A stretch of DNA of 63,926 nt, filler included, from Octopus bimaculoides (taxonomy: Eukaryota), in the NCBI RefSeq assembly GCF_001194135.2. It is 5 parts of 4 records of this genome, joined end to end, with 100 filler letters (N's around TTAATTAATTAA, not from the genome) between each part and the next. Parts side by side here need not be neighbours in the genome. Positions count along the whole stretch, not along the records: positions 41,661 to 53,085 come from NC_068981.1; positions 53,186 to 63,926 come from NC_068981.1; 3 more parts are not named here. One strand, given 5' to 3'. Below the pieces are notes generated by a model. It was not told the origin of the DNA, did not search any database, and saw only the letters and a list, made by a program, of their open reading frames with translations. Shown here piece by piece: positions 51,808 through 63,926 of the stretch (the first letter of the stretch is position 1; every line of letters begins with the position of its first letter). The translations under genes and the position numbers were made by a program.

Positions 51808-52560
51808 ACAGGCTGTTTTTTTTTTCTTTCTGTAAATTTACAAATAAAGCAAATTTATTGAAACAAACGATACATGTTCCCTATTACATGGGAAAATGAA
51901 AGTGAATCTTCATATTTCAACATAAGCAAGGCTGGCTTCAACCACATTCCTCAAACGGCCATGGATGGAATGAATAACATTCTGAGGGACATCATCTGGG
52001 TATCATTGAGAACCTCCTGAATCTGTGTCTCCAAGCCCTCAAATGCGCGAGGTTGTGTGTTGCACACATCCGCTTTTATGTAACTCTACTGGTAAAAATC
52101 ACATTGAGTGAGAACTTGACTTCTTGCAGTTCTGAACTCCAAGATGTCAAGTTCTCACACAATGTGATTTTTACCAGTCAGAGTCTTCAAGTTTTAGCTC
52201 CTGGACGTAATGGGATTTCCATCGATGAAAATTCAATTCTTTATGCAACAACGTACGTATTGTGTATCTTGCTAGTCCACTTTCACGAGATACCTGGCAA
52301 GTTGATTTTTGCGGGCTGCGATAAAACATTTCCTGCAGTGTTGCCATGTTCACCACTGATCACGTACTCCACTGATCAGAATGAGGTTGGACGGCTGCTT
52401 CTCCTTGCATCGTTCACAGAGCCCGTGGTCATCAACTTTGCATGACAGCTTTTTGTCTCCGGATGTAGTGTTGCAGGCTTACATTTCCATGCACGCTACC
52501 ATCTCTGACCCAAAATAATGAAATTCTACACATCAAATCGTGCTGTTATCCTAGTTTGCT
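51808..52560 (-). mobile_element. Tc1/mariner-superfamily element (possibly DD37D/maT-like), catalytic core deleted
   Basis: RSPQKSTCQVSRESGLARYTIRTLLHKELNFHRWKSHYVQELK and the C-terminal LTQCDF..YIKADV; the left end TACAGGCTGTTTTT resembles a CAGGGTG-type TIR. Confidence 0.8.
52088..52178. repeat. Near-perfect 45+1+45 bp palindrome
   Basis: Arms 52088-52132 and 52134-52178, three mismatches by eye. Confidence 0.95.
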
Positions 52561-52870
52561 CCTGAAAGTCAAGCGACCGGCCGTCTAGAAAATAGGAAAA
52601 AAGAAATATGACAATAAAATAATAAAAATTCCCCATTAATGTTGTCCGTTGAAAAAAAATGTTTTCGTCATGACTTCAGTGATATTAAAAATTCTATAAG
52701 CAAACGAAAAAAATAAATCACAGATACTTATATATAGCCATACATAACACGCGGCTGAAATGAAAAGTAAAAACTTGATTTTATCTGATGCATAAGCACA
52801 GTTATTCATCCTTTTAATATAATTATATATCGATATATATATATATACATATATGTGAGTGTGTGTGTGT

Positions 52871-52913
<43 letters not shown>

Positions 52914-53809
52914 TCTGTGTGTATGTATACATGTATATTGATAGATAGATATACATATATACACACATGCATACATACATACATACATACATACATACAG
53001 ACAAACAGACAGAGAGGCAGACAGACAGACAGACAGAGAGGCAGACAGACACACGCACACACTTACGATATATATATATATATATNNNNNNNNNNNNNNN
53101 NNNNNNNNNNNNNNNNNNNNNNNNNNNNNTTAATTAATTAANNNNNNNNNNNNNNNNNNNNNNNNNNNNNNNNNNNNNNNNNNNNTATATGTATATAGTC
53201 TCGACACATACTTAGAATGTCCTGTGATTAATTTTCATTTTAATCCTTCAGCTATTTAATGCTTTTCTTGGGCCAGCAATCGACTATTTTTGTTGATTCT
53301 GTTGTTATCATTTTTTACAATAGTCATTCCAGATAATAATAAAATTAACAATATCTTAGCAAATTAATTTTCAGCGAAGCCAAGCCAATATATATATATG
53401 TATAAAATTTTACCCGTTTACTTGTTTTAGTCATTTTGACTGCGGCCATGCTGGAGCATCGCCTTAAAAAAATTATCTGTCAGAATATGTATGTAAGCAT
53501 GTATGTATGTATGTATGTATGTATGTATGTATGTATGTATGTATGACCAGAATGATGCTAAGGCACGAGTAGTACATGTCGGCCTAATGCTAATTAATAT
53601 TAGATTCATTAATTCCATAATTAATTCAGAATGAAATGAACCACGATATCTGAAATTGTTGCTTCTACAAATTATGAAATTAATTTTAAATATGCATCAT
53701 TAAACCTGATGTTAATATCACAGACTTACACAAGAATTTAATCAGATAGAAATTAAAGCAGAGGTAAAAAAAAAATATCTATTTTTATATAAAAACAGAT
53801 TTTCTTCAG

Positions 53810-53959
53810 CGAAAAAGTATTTAGTCCAATCGATTTTTCAATTGATGAAATGCCCTGGCAACATTGCTCCTATAACCTCCACTTTATACCCATTAATCGA
53901 TGGATAGTGAGGAATAATGCTCCAAATTGCTCCTCCTATTTTGCTTGCCTCATTTACAG
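53810..53959 (+). CDS. Candidate 150-nt symmetric exon EKVFSPIDFSIDEMPWQHCSYNLHFIPINRWIVRNNAPNCSSYFACLIY
   Basis: Acceptor gattttcttcag| and consensus donor CAG|gtgagt; phase 2 to 2; this is the only one of the three frames open across the whole segment. Confidence 0.42.
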
Positions 53960-54163
53960 GTGAGTGTAAGACAAATTATTGGAATATAGGATATATCGCT
54001 GTTCATATAGGCTGTGGGACAATGCGCTGTTATATAAAATTATCCTAAAATAGAGGGCCTTTGAAAACTCTATACATTGTCCATTTCGTTGGTTTCTCTC
54101 TCACTCTATTCATACATACATACATACATGTACACACACACACGCATACACACACAAATACAC

Positions 54164-54215
<52 letters not shown>

Positions 54216-54266
54216 CAGAGTTTGTGTGTGTACGTGCGTGTGTATGTGTGTGTACGTGCATGTGTA

Positions 54267-54299
<33 letters not shown>

Positions 54300-54809
54300 N
54301 NNNNNNNNNNNNNNNNNNNNNNNNNNNNNNNNNNNNNNNNNNNNNNNNNNNNNNNNNNNNNNNNNNNNNNNNNNNNNNNNNNNNNNNNNNNNNNNNNNNN
54401 NNNNNNNNNNNNNNNNNNNNNNNNNNNNNNNNNNNNNNNNNNNNNNNNNNNNNNNNNNNNNNNNNNNNNNNNNNNNNNNNNNNNNNNNNNNNNNNNNNNN
54501 NNNNNNNNNNNNNNNNNNNNNNNNNNNNNNNNNNNNNNNNNNNNNNNNNNNNNNNNNNNNNNNNNNNNNNNNNNNNNNNNNNNNNNNNNNNNNNNNNNNN
54601 NNNNNNNNNNNNNNNNNNNNNNNNNNNNNNNNNNNNNNNNNNNNNNNNNNNNNNNNNNNNNNNNNNNAAAGTTGTAATCAATCCCTTGATGGGATCAAGA
54701 TGTACTCCTTCTGAACTTTCTGGAGATGGAATTTTCTTCGCTCTTGATTTTTATCTGCCGATGGTTCGAAGATGCCTGATGAGACGGGTGGCAATTTAGC
54801 ATATATAAT

Positions 54810-55028
54810 TATTTCTACTCTAGGCACAAAGCCTTGGAAATTTAGGGGTGAAGGGGGCTAGTCGATTACATCGGCCTCGGCGCGTAACTGGTACTTATTT
54901 CACCGACCCCAAAAGGATGAAAGGCAAAGTCGACCTCGGCGGAATTTGAAATCAGAACGTAGCTGCAGACGAAATACTGCTAAGCTTTTCTTCCTGGCGT
55001 GCCAACGGATCTTCCAGCTCGTTGCCTT
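54810..55028 (-). mobile_element. SINE family B with 17-bp TSD
   Basis: TSD AATTTAGCATATATAAT at 54793-54809 and 55029-55045; full core GGCAAAGTCGACCTCGGCGGAATTTGAA. Confidence 0.92.
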
Positions 55029-55347
55029 AATTTAGCATATATAATAATGTGTAATGCATTAAGCGCAAATAAATTGTCATGCCATTGAAACCTTTGTTGC
55101 ACGCATTGGACTGTTAAGATCCGTTCATCATAATTCATTATATTTCTTCACCGCGTCGCATGTGAAGATAAGGTTGCAAAGCTTGCAGTTGCACAATACT
55201 TGATATTATTAAACAAGTCGATTTTACGTCAGTTTCTCTATTGAGTGGAGTCATGAAATAGGAATATTCATCTGTCAACCATTCGCCGGAGGCCAAGGAG
55301 TTGATAACCACGATCATTAAGAGCCAAACCAATGGATATTCGCGCAG

Positions 55348-55411
<64 letters not shown>

Positions 55412-56275
55412 NNNNNNNNNNNNNNNNNNNNNNNNNNNNNNNNNNNNNNNNNNNNNNNNNNNNNNNNNNNNNNNNNNNNNNNNNNNNNNNNNNNNNNNNN
55501 NNNNNNNNNNNNNNNNNNNNNNNNNNNNNNNNNNNNNNNNNNNNNNNNNNNNNNNNNNNNNNNNNNNNNNNNNNNNNNNNNNNNNNNNNNNNNNNNNNNN
55601 NNNNNNNNNNNNNNNNNNNNNNNNNNNNNNNNNNNNNNNNNNNNNNNNNNNNNNNNNNNNNNNNNNNNNNNNNNNNNNNNNNNNNNNNNNNNNNNNNNNN
55701 NNNNNNNNNNNNNNNNNNNNNNNNNNNNNNNNNNNNNNNNNNNNNNNNNNNNNNNNNNNNNNNNNNNNNNNNNNNNNNNNNNNNNNNNNNNNNNNNNNNN
55801 NNNNNNNNNNNNNNNNNNNNNNNNNNNNNNNNNNNNNNNNNNNNNNNNNNNNNNNNNNNNNNNNNNNNNNNNNNNNNNNNNNNNNNNNNNNNNNNNNNNN
55901 NNNNNNNNNNNNNNNNNNNNNNNNNNNNNNNNNNNNNNNNNNNNNNNNNNNNNNNNNNNNNNNNNNNNNNNNNNNNNNNNNNNNNNNNNNNNNNNNNNNN
56001 NNNNNNNNNNNNNNNNNNNNNNNNNNNNNNNNNNNNNNNNNNNNNNNNNNNNNNNNNNNNNNNNNNNNNNNNNNNNNNNNNNNNNNNNNNNNNNNNNNNN
56101 NNNNNNNNNNNNNNNNNNNNNNNNNNNNNNNNNNNNNNNNNNNNNNNNNNNNNNNNNNNNNNNNNNNNNNNNNNNNNNNNNNNNNNNNNNNNNNNNNNNN
56201 NNNNNNNNNNNNNNNNNNNNNNNNNNNNNNNNNNNNNNNNNNNNNNNNNNNNNNNNNNNNNNNNNNNNNNNNNNN

Positions 56276-56322
<47 letters not shown>

Positions 56323-57117
56323 GCATCTATGTACATATATGTGTACGTGTATGTACGTGTGTGTATAAACTGAAAATTAATTACAAAGCTTTCTTGAAAT
56401 GTAGCGGGTGCGTATAAGTAGGAAGGGTTTGTCGAATAAAGAGATGGTATCTGTCGACGGAGAAATGATAAGGTAGTAGTAGTAGTAGTAGTAGTAGTAG
56501 TTGTTGTTGTTTGTTGTTTGTTGATCGGCGTTATTTGAGATCGTTTCTAATCTCAAATACCCGTTTAGTCATATTCCCTTCTAAAAACTTGAGATGTTAT
56601 AGGTTGTGCTGTCATCTGATGAGACTCAGCTCAGAAGGCTGTAATGTTGTTTGGTGGTACACCCGGTATAAAGAATATATAAAAAACAAGGTGGTAACTT
56701 TAAATACGTTTATTGTGGTCACAGGTATATATACACACACGAGCTGAATAGGAGTGGTTGACGGACGTTTGTTCATATCTCTACATGCATCTGGGTGGGT
56801 TGTATGTTAGCTGTTAACCCTGGTGAGGAAAGCTCACGAACAGCGATGTGTTAGAACCAGTGCAGTGTGTTGGTGATGTGGAGATGTTGACGACGACGTT
56901 GGTGAAAGACATCAGTGGTGGTGACGAAGATGGAGGTGTCTGCAATGTGGTCAGTGGTTAGACCTTAGAAAACCTGGAACCAACTGTATTTCTCTATTCA
57001 CCTATAAAAGGTAGACATAGAGGGACATTACAAAGGACGAAAGCTTACATTCTTACAAAATCGTTTGGGTTGAGACGAAATGAAAAAATCGAAAAAAATC
57101 GAATGAAATATACTCTC

Positions 57118-57364
57118 TCTTTTTCTCTTTTTACTCTTTTATTTGTTTCAGTCATTTGACTGCGGCCATGCTGGAGCACCGCCTTTAGTCGAGCATATAT
57201 ACGACGGGCTTCTTTCAGTTTCCGTCTACCAAATCCACTCACAAGGCTTTGGTCAGCCCGAGGCTATAGTAGAAGACACTTGCCCAAGGTGCCACGCAGT
57301 GGGACTGAACCCAGAACCATGTGGTTGGTAAGCAAGCTACTTACCACTCAGCCACTCCCGCGCC
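57118..57364 (-). mobile_element. SINE family A (CORE-like), compact copy
   Basis: Head GGCGCGGGAGTGGCTGAGTGGTAAG, GGGTTCAGTCCC B box, ACCTTGGGCAAGTG CORE-like motif, (TAAAAGAG) tail. Confidence 0.9.
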
Positions 57365-57408
57365 TATATATAAATAAAAATTAAGACTTAATAAAATAAT
57401 GTTCCGGG

Positions 57409-57670
57409 TTTTTTTTTCCTTATTTAACCCGCCGGTTATTTTTCCCTTTGGTTTTCTCCTTCTTTTCGTCCTGACCGGGTATGCTAGAACGGCCCCATTC
57501 ATTCTCAACTTCCTTCCACAGACATCCATCTTTTCTCGAACGTACTTTGCGACAGGTACTTCTTCTCCAGACGGATCTTTCTGGACAGGTAGAAGTTGAA
57601 ATAGCTTACCAACCTGTGTCTGGAGATGAAGTGACCTGTTACAGCCCCTTTCGCAGGTGCAATTTATGGA
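57409..57670 (-). mobile_element. Probable L1/Tx1-like LINE 3' terminus with A-rich tail
   Basis: The minus frame LVSYFNFYLSRKIRLEKKYLSQSTFEKRW resembles, from memory, Tx1-type ORF2 C-termini; an A9 tail appears as T9 at ~57409-57418 on the plus strand. Confidence 0.45.
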
Positions 57671-57759
57671 GTCATAGCATACAATACATAAATAAAAAAT
57701 GACAATGGCGCCACAATGCGATATCGCCATAATGGCAAAGAAGGTTTGTGGTACCATCA

Positions 57760-58389
57760 GAGTATATTGAACTCCTACAACTGAAATTACTTTTGCTTGC
57801 CTTCCCTACCTCATACCTGGTTGAATCTGGTTTTAACCAAGTTGGAACTTTACTTTCCCATAAAAGAACTGGACTGGATGTGACACAACGAGGAGACTTG
57901 CGGCTAAAGTTGACAAGTTTGAAACCGAATGTATCTGCACTAGCTGCATCGCACCAGACACATGGTTCTCGTTAAAAAGTTTTATTCTTTTCTTTTATAA
58001 AACAATCATTAATTATTTTGGCATCGATAGTTCTGATCAATGATTCATTTGGGGAAAATGAAAATCAATGTAAAAGAAAGTGCAAGTTTCCAGAAGTTAA
58101 TCTGTCTGAAAAATATAGAGTTAACGTTAGAATTTTATTCACACTGATGGCAAAAATAAGCCCACAATAAAGGATTTCTGAAAACAACCGCATATTTAGT
58201 ACAAACGGCATTAACAGGGCAACGAGTCTACGATATAATGTGTGTGTGTGTGTGTGTCAAATGATACGGGGTGGGAGCTAGGCCATCTTGTGTTGTTTTT
58301 TTTTTTTGTACACAGGTGGGCGATGGAGCATTTTTTGGCCGATAGGTGGGAGATATTGCAATTTGGCGCGAAAAGTTTGGGAAACACTG
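57760..58389 (+). mobile_element. hAT (Charlie-like) transposon 3' end
   Basis: LLLAFPTSYLVESGF..GDLRLKLT..HQTHGS (hAT C-terminal dimerisation region); right TIR ..AGTTTGGGAAACACTG. Confidence 0.85.
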
Positions 58390-60576
58390 GTGTAACCGAA
58401 AATCTTTAGTATGAATCGAAATATGCCAATGCACTTACAGAGGACGCTGGAAAAGATCTTTCGGTATAAGTATATAAAATGAGCGATAAAAATATAAGAA
58501 AATATTAATTGCCAAAAGATAAAATGCAAAACCTAAATAAGTATTTCAGATATTTAAATACATTTATTGCAGTTGTAATAAATATTCATTGAAATGTATA
58601 AGGGATATATAGCTTTGTGCCAAAAGTTGGACCCGATGTGTATAAGGAGTATAGCAATTATATACGCTGAGATCACATACATAGATGTTGAATACTCTAT
58701 ACCTATCTGCGTGAATGTGCGTACATGTATGTATGTGTGCGTGAATGTATATGTATATATATATATATATATATNNNNNNNNNNNNNNNNNNNNNNNNNN
58801 NNNNNNNNNNNNNNNNNNNNNNNNNNNNNNNNNNNNNNNNNNNNNNNNNNNNNNNNNNNNNNNNNNNNNNNNNNNNNNNNNNNNNNNNNNNNNNNNNNNN
58901 NNNNNNNNNNNNNNNNNNNNNNNNNNNNNNNNNNNNNNNNNNNNNNNNNNNNNNNNNNNNNNNNNNNNNNNNNNNNNNNNNNNNNNNNNNNNNNNNNNNN
59001 NNNNNNNNNNNNNNNNNNNNNNNNNNNNNNNNNNNNNNNNNNNNNNNNNNNNNNNNNNNNNNNNNNNNNNNNNNNNNNNNNNNNNNNNNNNNNNNNNNNN
59101 NNNNNNNNNNNNNNNNNNNNNNNNNNNNNNNNNNNNNNNNNNNNNNNNNNNNNNNNNNNNNNNNNNNNNNNNNNNNNNNNNTATATATAAATGCATACAT
59201 TTACACGCACAAAGTTATCGATCATTTTATATACTTATAACGAAAGAGCCCCGTGTTTCTTTCGTCGAGTGGGTTGAAAGTATTTCAGTGCGACTAGAAA
59301 TAGGTAAATGTACTTACAAGAGGACATGGACAAATGTTTGTCGATAAGTGTGTCCGAAGGTTGTTCAGTACAAAACGAACTTACAACAGACAAAAGACCA
59401 ATTTAATGCCTCCTTCTTTCTCTCTTTCTTCCTTCCTTCCTTCCATTCTTCCCTTCATTCATTTCTTTCTACTTACTATTTTATTTCTTTCCTTCTTTTT
59501 CTTTTTTTGTCACACTAAATTCCATCTCAATGCTGACCACTTCTCAATTAGTTGAAGAACTCCAAGAATTAGTCCTTCTCTCTGCCTCTTACCTTTACTT
59601 TCTCACTATCTCCCTCTCTATATCACTCACCCTCACCTTCTATGTATCTACTTTTCTCCCTCTCTTTCTCCTTCTCTCTATCTCTCTCTCTCTCTCACTT
59701 TCTCGCTAACTACTTTTCTATCTCTCTCACCCCCTCTCTTTCTCAGTATTTACCTCCCGCCTCGTCTCTTTTCTTACCAATTCCATTGTCCAACAAGCAG
59801 AGTACAAGGAAGAGGAAAGTGTTGTTGTTTCTAATTTTGGCTTCCCCCCGCCCCCAATGTTTTTATCTCCTCAACATACACCGTCGTACAGAAAGAAATG
59901 CAATACGTTGACTGAGGCGGGGTACGAACTTGCGATTTTACAACTCAAGAGGAAACGCGTTATCCACCCTCTGCCTCTGCAACTCTTNNNNNNNNNNNNN
60001 NNNNNNNNNNNNNNNNNNNNNNNNNNNNNNNNNNNNNNNNNNNNNNNNNNNNNNNNNNNNNNNNNNNNNNNNNNNNNNNNNNNNNNNNNNNNNNNNNNNN
60101 NNNNNNNNNNNNNNNNNNNNNNNNNNNNNNNNNNNNNNNNNNNNNNNNNNNNNNNNNNNNNNNNNNNNNNNNNNNNNNNNNNNNNNNNNNNNNNNNNNNN
60201 NNNNNNNNNNNNNNNNNNNNNNNNNNNNNNNNNNNNNNNNNNNNNNNNNNNNNNNNNNNNNNNNNNNNNNNNNNNNNNNNNNNNNNNNNNNNNNNNNNNN
60301 NNNNNNNNNNNNNNNNNNNNNNNNNNNNNNNNNNNNNNNNNNNNNNNNNNNNNNNNNNNNNNNNNNNNNNNNNNNNNNNNNNNNNNNNNNNNNNNNNNNN
60401 NNNNNNNNNNNNNNNNNNNNNNNNNNNNNNNNNNNNNNNNNNNNNNNNNNNNNNNNNNNNNNNNNNNNNNNNNNNNNNNNNNNNNNNNNNNNNNNNNNNN
60501 NNNNNNNNNNNNNNNNNNNNNNNNNNNNNNNNNNNNNNNNNNNNNNNNNNNNNNNNNNNNNNNNNNNNNNNNNNNN

Positions 60577-60638
<62 letters not shown>

Positions 60639-60879
60639 GAAGAGAAGTGGAGAAAAGGAGAAAAAAATCGGAGAGTAAGGCTTGGAAATTCTTTTAGTCT
60701 TTTATATGTTTTAGCCCTATGGCTGCGGCCATGCTGGGGCACCGCCAGTGAATATTTGATTTTAAGCTCTTGTTATATTATTATAGGCACATGGCAATGG
60801 CATTAATAACCCCAAATTCTGTTTTATATTATTTACAAATGAGACAATCCACCTAAACGAAATAATTACAACCCCAAAC

Positions 60880-60976
<97 letters not shown>

Positions 60977-61153
60977 GCTGGCTGGCTGTCTGGTTGGCTG
61001 TCTGTCTGTCTGTCTGTCTGTCTGTATGTATGTATATTGTCTATCTCTCCATAGACAGAAACCGACACATACATACATACATGCATACAGACAGACAGAC
61101 AGACAGACAGACAGATAGATAGATAGATAGATAGATAGATGGATGGATAGATG

Positions 61154-61193
<40 letters not shown>

Positions 61194-61504
61194 TCCGCCA
61201 AAAACTGGACATGGATACTATAGCACCCGAAAAAGTTACCAAATACTTCTGTCGCTAAACTTATATCACTAAATTTATAAAAGCCGTAAACCAGCCTTTA
61301 TAAATTTTAGAATCGGATCTACTTCTCTCATTTTCAACTGACAGAATTATTTATGATAAACACTTGACAAAAAAAAAATCCGTTTCATTTAAATTATAAA
61401 TTTGCTGCTACGGAATTAAATAGCTTAGCTAAATAAACGGCCAAAGATTGGCCCAGCCATGTCTAACTTAATAGCACCACCTCGTAGAAATGTTCATTCA
61501 TTTT

Positions 61505-61915
61505 TCAAAACAAGTTTTGTGGTATCATGGCCCATTGAAATAGGGAGTTGTTGTTGACTGAGATGTACCCAAGTACAGGTGGCTTATCCTGGTATCCCTT
61601 GAAGAAATTTGTCCAGGTTCCTTTTCGAAGTGATGGAATCTTTTTTCCTTCTTTGAATTTTTTGGTGGGGTGGGGACGGATAATGTAAAATAGAGCGGGG
61701 CTTATTGAGGAAAAAGAATTGTGTTGCAGTAAATGTTTGTTTTGAGTCTGAATTGTGTAAGAGGCGTATGGCACATGGCCCCAACCTTGGATGAATTCTG
61801 AATCTAATGTTAAGGTCGTTTGGGCAACGCTGGTGGTAATATTCTGCACATTGTACAAATATGATGTAGCACTCACAGCGGCGGTGGAGAGAATAAAGAT
61901 TCAAGGTTTTCAAGT
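61505..61915 (-). mobile_element. CR1/L2-group LINE 3' fragment
   Basis: LNLYSLHRRCECY, HPRLG, HNSF..SPALF, KRNLDKFLQGIP, NNNSL..W: the typical post-RT tail region. Confidence 0.75.
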
Positions 61916-62731
61916 AAATCTTTCTTTTTTTAAGCTAACCCATCAAATATGTCGTTGTATTTCTTTATCTGACAAACTTTCTAAAACCACGCAACTGCAA
62001 ACATACAAGCATCCATTATAGCCGAATGTCCGTTAAACTGTTTGGCCTTTTCAATAGTCATTATCCCTGAAGTCTATATATTCTTCGATCTTTTTGCACT
62101 AACTCACGTAAATCTGGCTCCTAATTTTGTTTGCCACACAAGCTCTCCTTGTCATTGAATGAACCATAAATTCCATTAACTAATTCTTTTCTTTCTTAAT
62201 AACATAAATTCTTAAAGAACCTGCTCTATATACTATTCACGCATGGCAGAATCTCTATTATCACTTCTTTCCAAACACCAATTTATTGTAAATTTTTGCT
62301 GGAATATCATTTCAGTTGCATTGCTTCTTTGCACATCTTCCTTAATAGGGTCGGAATCTTTGTTCATATTGGAAACCATGTTTCACTAATGGACGGACAA
62401 CTTTACAAATAGACAGAAGTGCTGTTCTTTTCAATGGTGGAATGGTGTTGGCGCCCAGGGCCAGAGCTTACGGGAAAAAAAAAATGGCGAACTGCAACAA
62501 ACGGTTCCGGATTACTGGAACTTTACTGTATATGGAATGTAAGGTTGTGATCGAAGCAGTTGAAAAAACATTGGGTTAAGTATTGTCCTTGCAATTAGGA
62601 GAGAAAACCTCTTCTAGCAGTGTTAAAAGTATAAAAATAACATTAGCTTATATAAAATTTGGGGAAATAAAATCCAGACAGTCAGAACTAGGATCATGTC
62701 TTCAAAAACAATAAGTCCTGTGTGGGTGTAG

Positions 62732-62805
<74 letters not shown>

Positions 62806-62807
<2 letters not shown>

Positions 62808-63038
62808 AATGCGTCCTTTTAAAGCCTAGCCAGGCTCATGGGTCCGGTTTCCCGGTTTCAATGGCGTATGCGTTCCCCAGTCCATCGCAGCGTTTACTCA
62901 TTTTTGCCAGCTGAATGGACTGAAGCAACGTGAAATGAAGTGTTTTGCTCAAGAACACAACGCATCGCCCGGTCCAGGAATCGAAACCACAATCTTACGA
63001 TCATGATGCTGACACCCTAACCACTAAGCCACGCGCTT
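62806..63038 (-). mobile_element. tRNA-derived SINE family C, complete
   Basis: GCGCGTGGCTTAGTGGTTAGGG head, GTTTCGATTCC B box, GAGCAAAACACTTCATTTCAC core, CTGCGATGGACTGG block. Confidence 0.88.
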
Positions 63039-63187
63039 CCACACACACACACGCACACACACACANNNNNNNNNNNNNNNNNNNNNNNNNNNNNNNNNNN
63101 NNNNNNNNNNNNNNNNNNNNNNNNNNNNNNNNNNNNNNNNNNNNNNNNNNNNNNNNNNNNNNNNNNNNNNNNNNNTATATATATATG

Positions 63188-63228
<41 letters not shown>

Positions 63229-63345
63229 TTAATAATAAAAGGGTAAAATTAATTAGATTAATTAATCAATCAATTAATTAATAATTAATAATTCTACCAA
63301 GTAGTTCGGTACGTTAAAATAGCCTTTTTGGGTAACATCATACAA

Positions 63346-63780
63346 ATATTCTATAATTATAAGCATAATTATAATCAGGCGTCAGATAATTGCTTCACCA
63401 CGCACCGAATTTAGAAATAGCAGTTAAAATACCTTTTCCGCTACCATAAATGTCTCCCAGACAGTAACACACTTTTTTTTACGTAGGCAAAGAGAAAAAA
63501 TAACGAATCCACACGACTCAGATTAGCTACATACACGTTTCGGGATTAAAGTAAAGTTATAGTTACTTACTTATTTCACCGCTTTAGTGCAGCATTTCAA
63601 ATATAAATTTTAGAGTGTTAGAATTAAATATGTACGCGATCAAGCGTCATCGCATAACTGATATTTAACCAACACTTTTATGGTAGCGGAAAAGGTATTT
63701 TAACTGCCATTTCTAAATTCGGTGCGTGGTGAAGCAATTATCTGACCCCTGATTATAATTATGCTATAATTATAGAATAT
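63346..63780. repeat. Long inverted repeat (arms 63346-63453 and 63674-63780)
   Basis: ~107-bp arms with only a few mismatches by eye and a ~220-bp spacer. Confidence 0.9.
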
Positions 63781-63926
63781 ATATATATATATATATATAT
63801 AAGTAACAGTTTCATTATATAACTGCGCTCTTCAGAGATGACCATTATGAAAGATTTTACCCTTAGTGCGAAACCGATCGCTAAGAGCGGCCGTAATTGT
63901 TATATAATCCTTTCTACTATAGGCAC

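Noticed and set aside
55270-55345. SPEAKELITTII, resembling kinase subdomain XI
   Set aside because: In-frame stop just upstream, no acceptor, and no conserved Arg motif downstream.
56616-56645. CTGATGAGACTCAGCTCAGAAG
   Set aside because: Lacks the GAAA core and stems I and III.
57545-57605. Homeodomain-like YFNFYLSRKIRLE on the minus strand
   Set aside because: No helix 3 WFQNRR; better explained as a LINE (Tx1-like) C-terminus. For the same reason the overlapping plus-strand exon candidate 57522-57656 was not called.

Overview
AT-rich, gap-riddled eukaryotic DNA dominated by microsatellites and transposon debris. The tRNA-derived SINE families, the LINE types and the extreme (AT)n/(GT)n/(TAA)n density point to a coleoid cephalopod such as Octopus; this is inference, not verified. 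I see no intact long protein-coding gene, rRNA, functional tRNA or CRISPR array. Recognisable elements: an RTE LINE 5' part, two tandem R4/Dong-like LINEs, a Penelope-like RT/GIY-YIG copy, HERO-, CR1-, Tx1- and RTE-like fragments, five Tc1/mariner derivatives, a hAT 3' end and many SINEs, three with clear 13-18 bp TSDs. The most notable observation is a type I hammerhead-ribozyme motif that folds completely by eye (17839-17903) and is arranged as a palindrome with an inactivated inverted copy. Several more degenerate Penelope-type hammerhead relics and long foldback structures also occur. A few short segments have splice signals and open frames and may be exons of host genes, including a phase-consistent three-exon 3' end on the minus strand, but I could not assign them to a family. 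All alignments and folds were done by eye.
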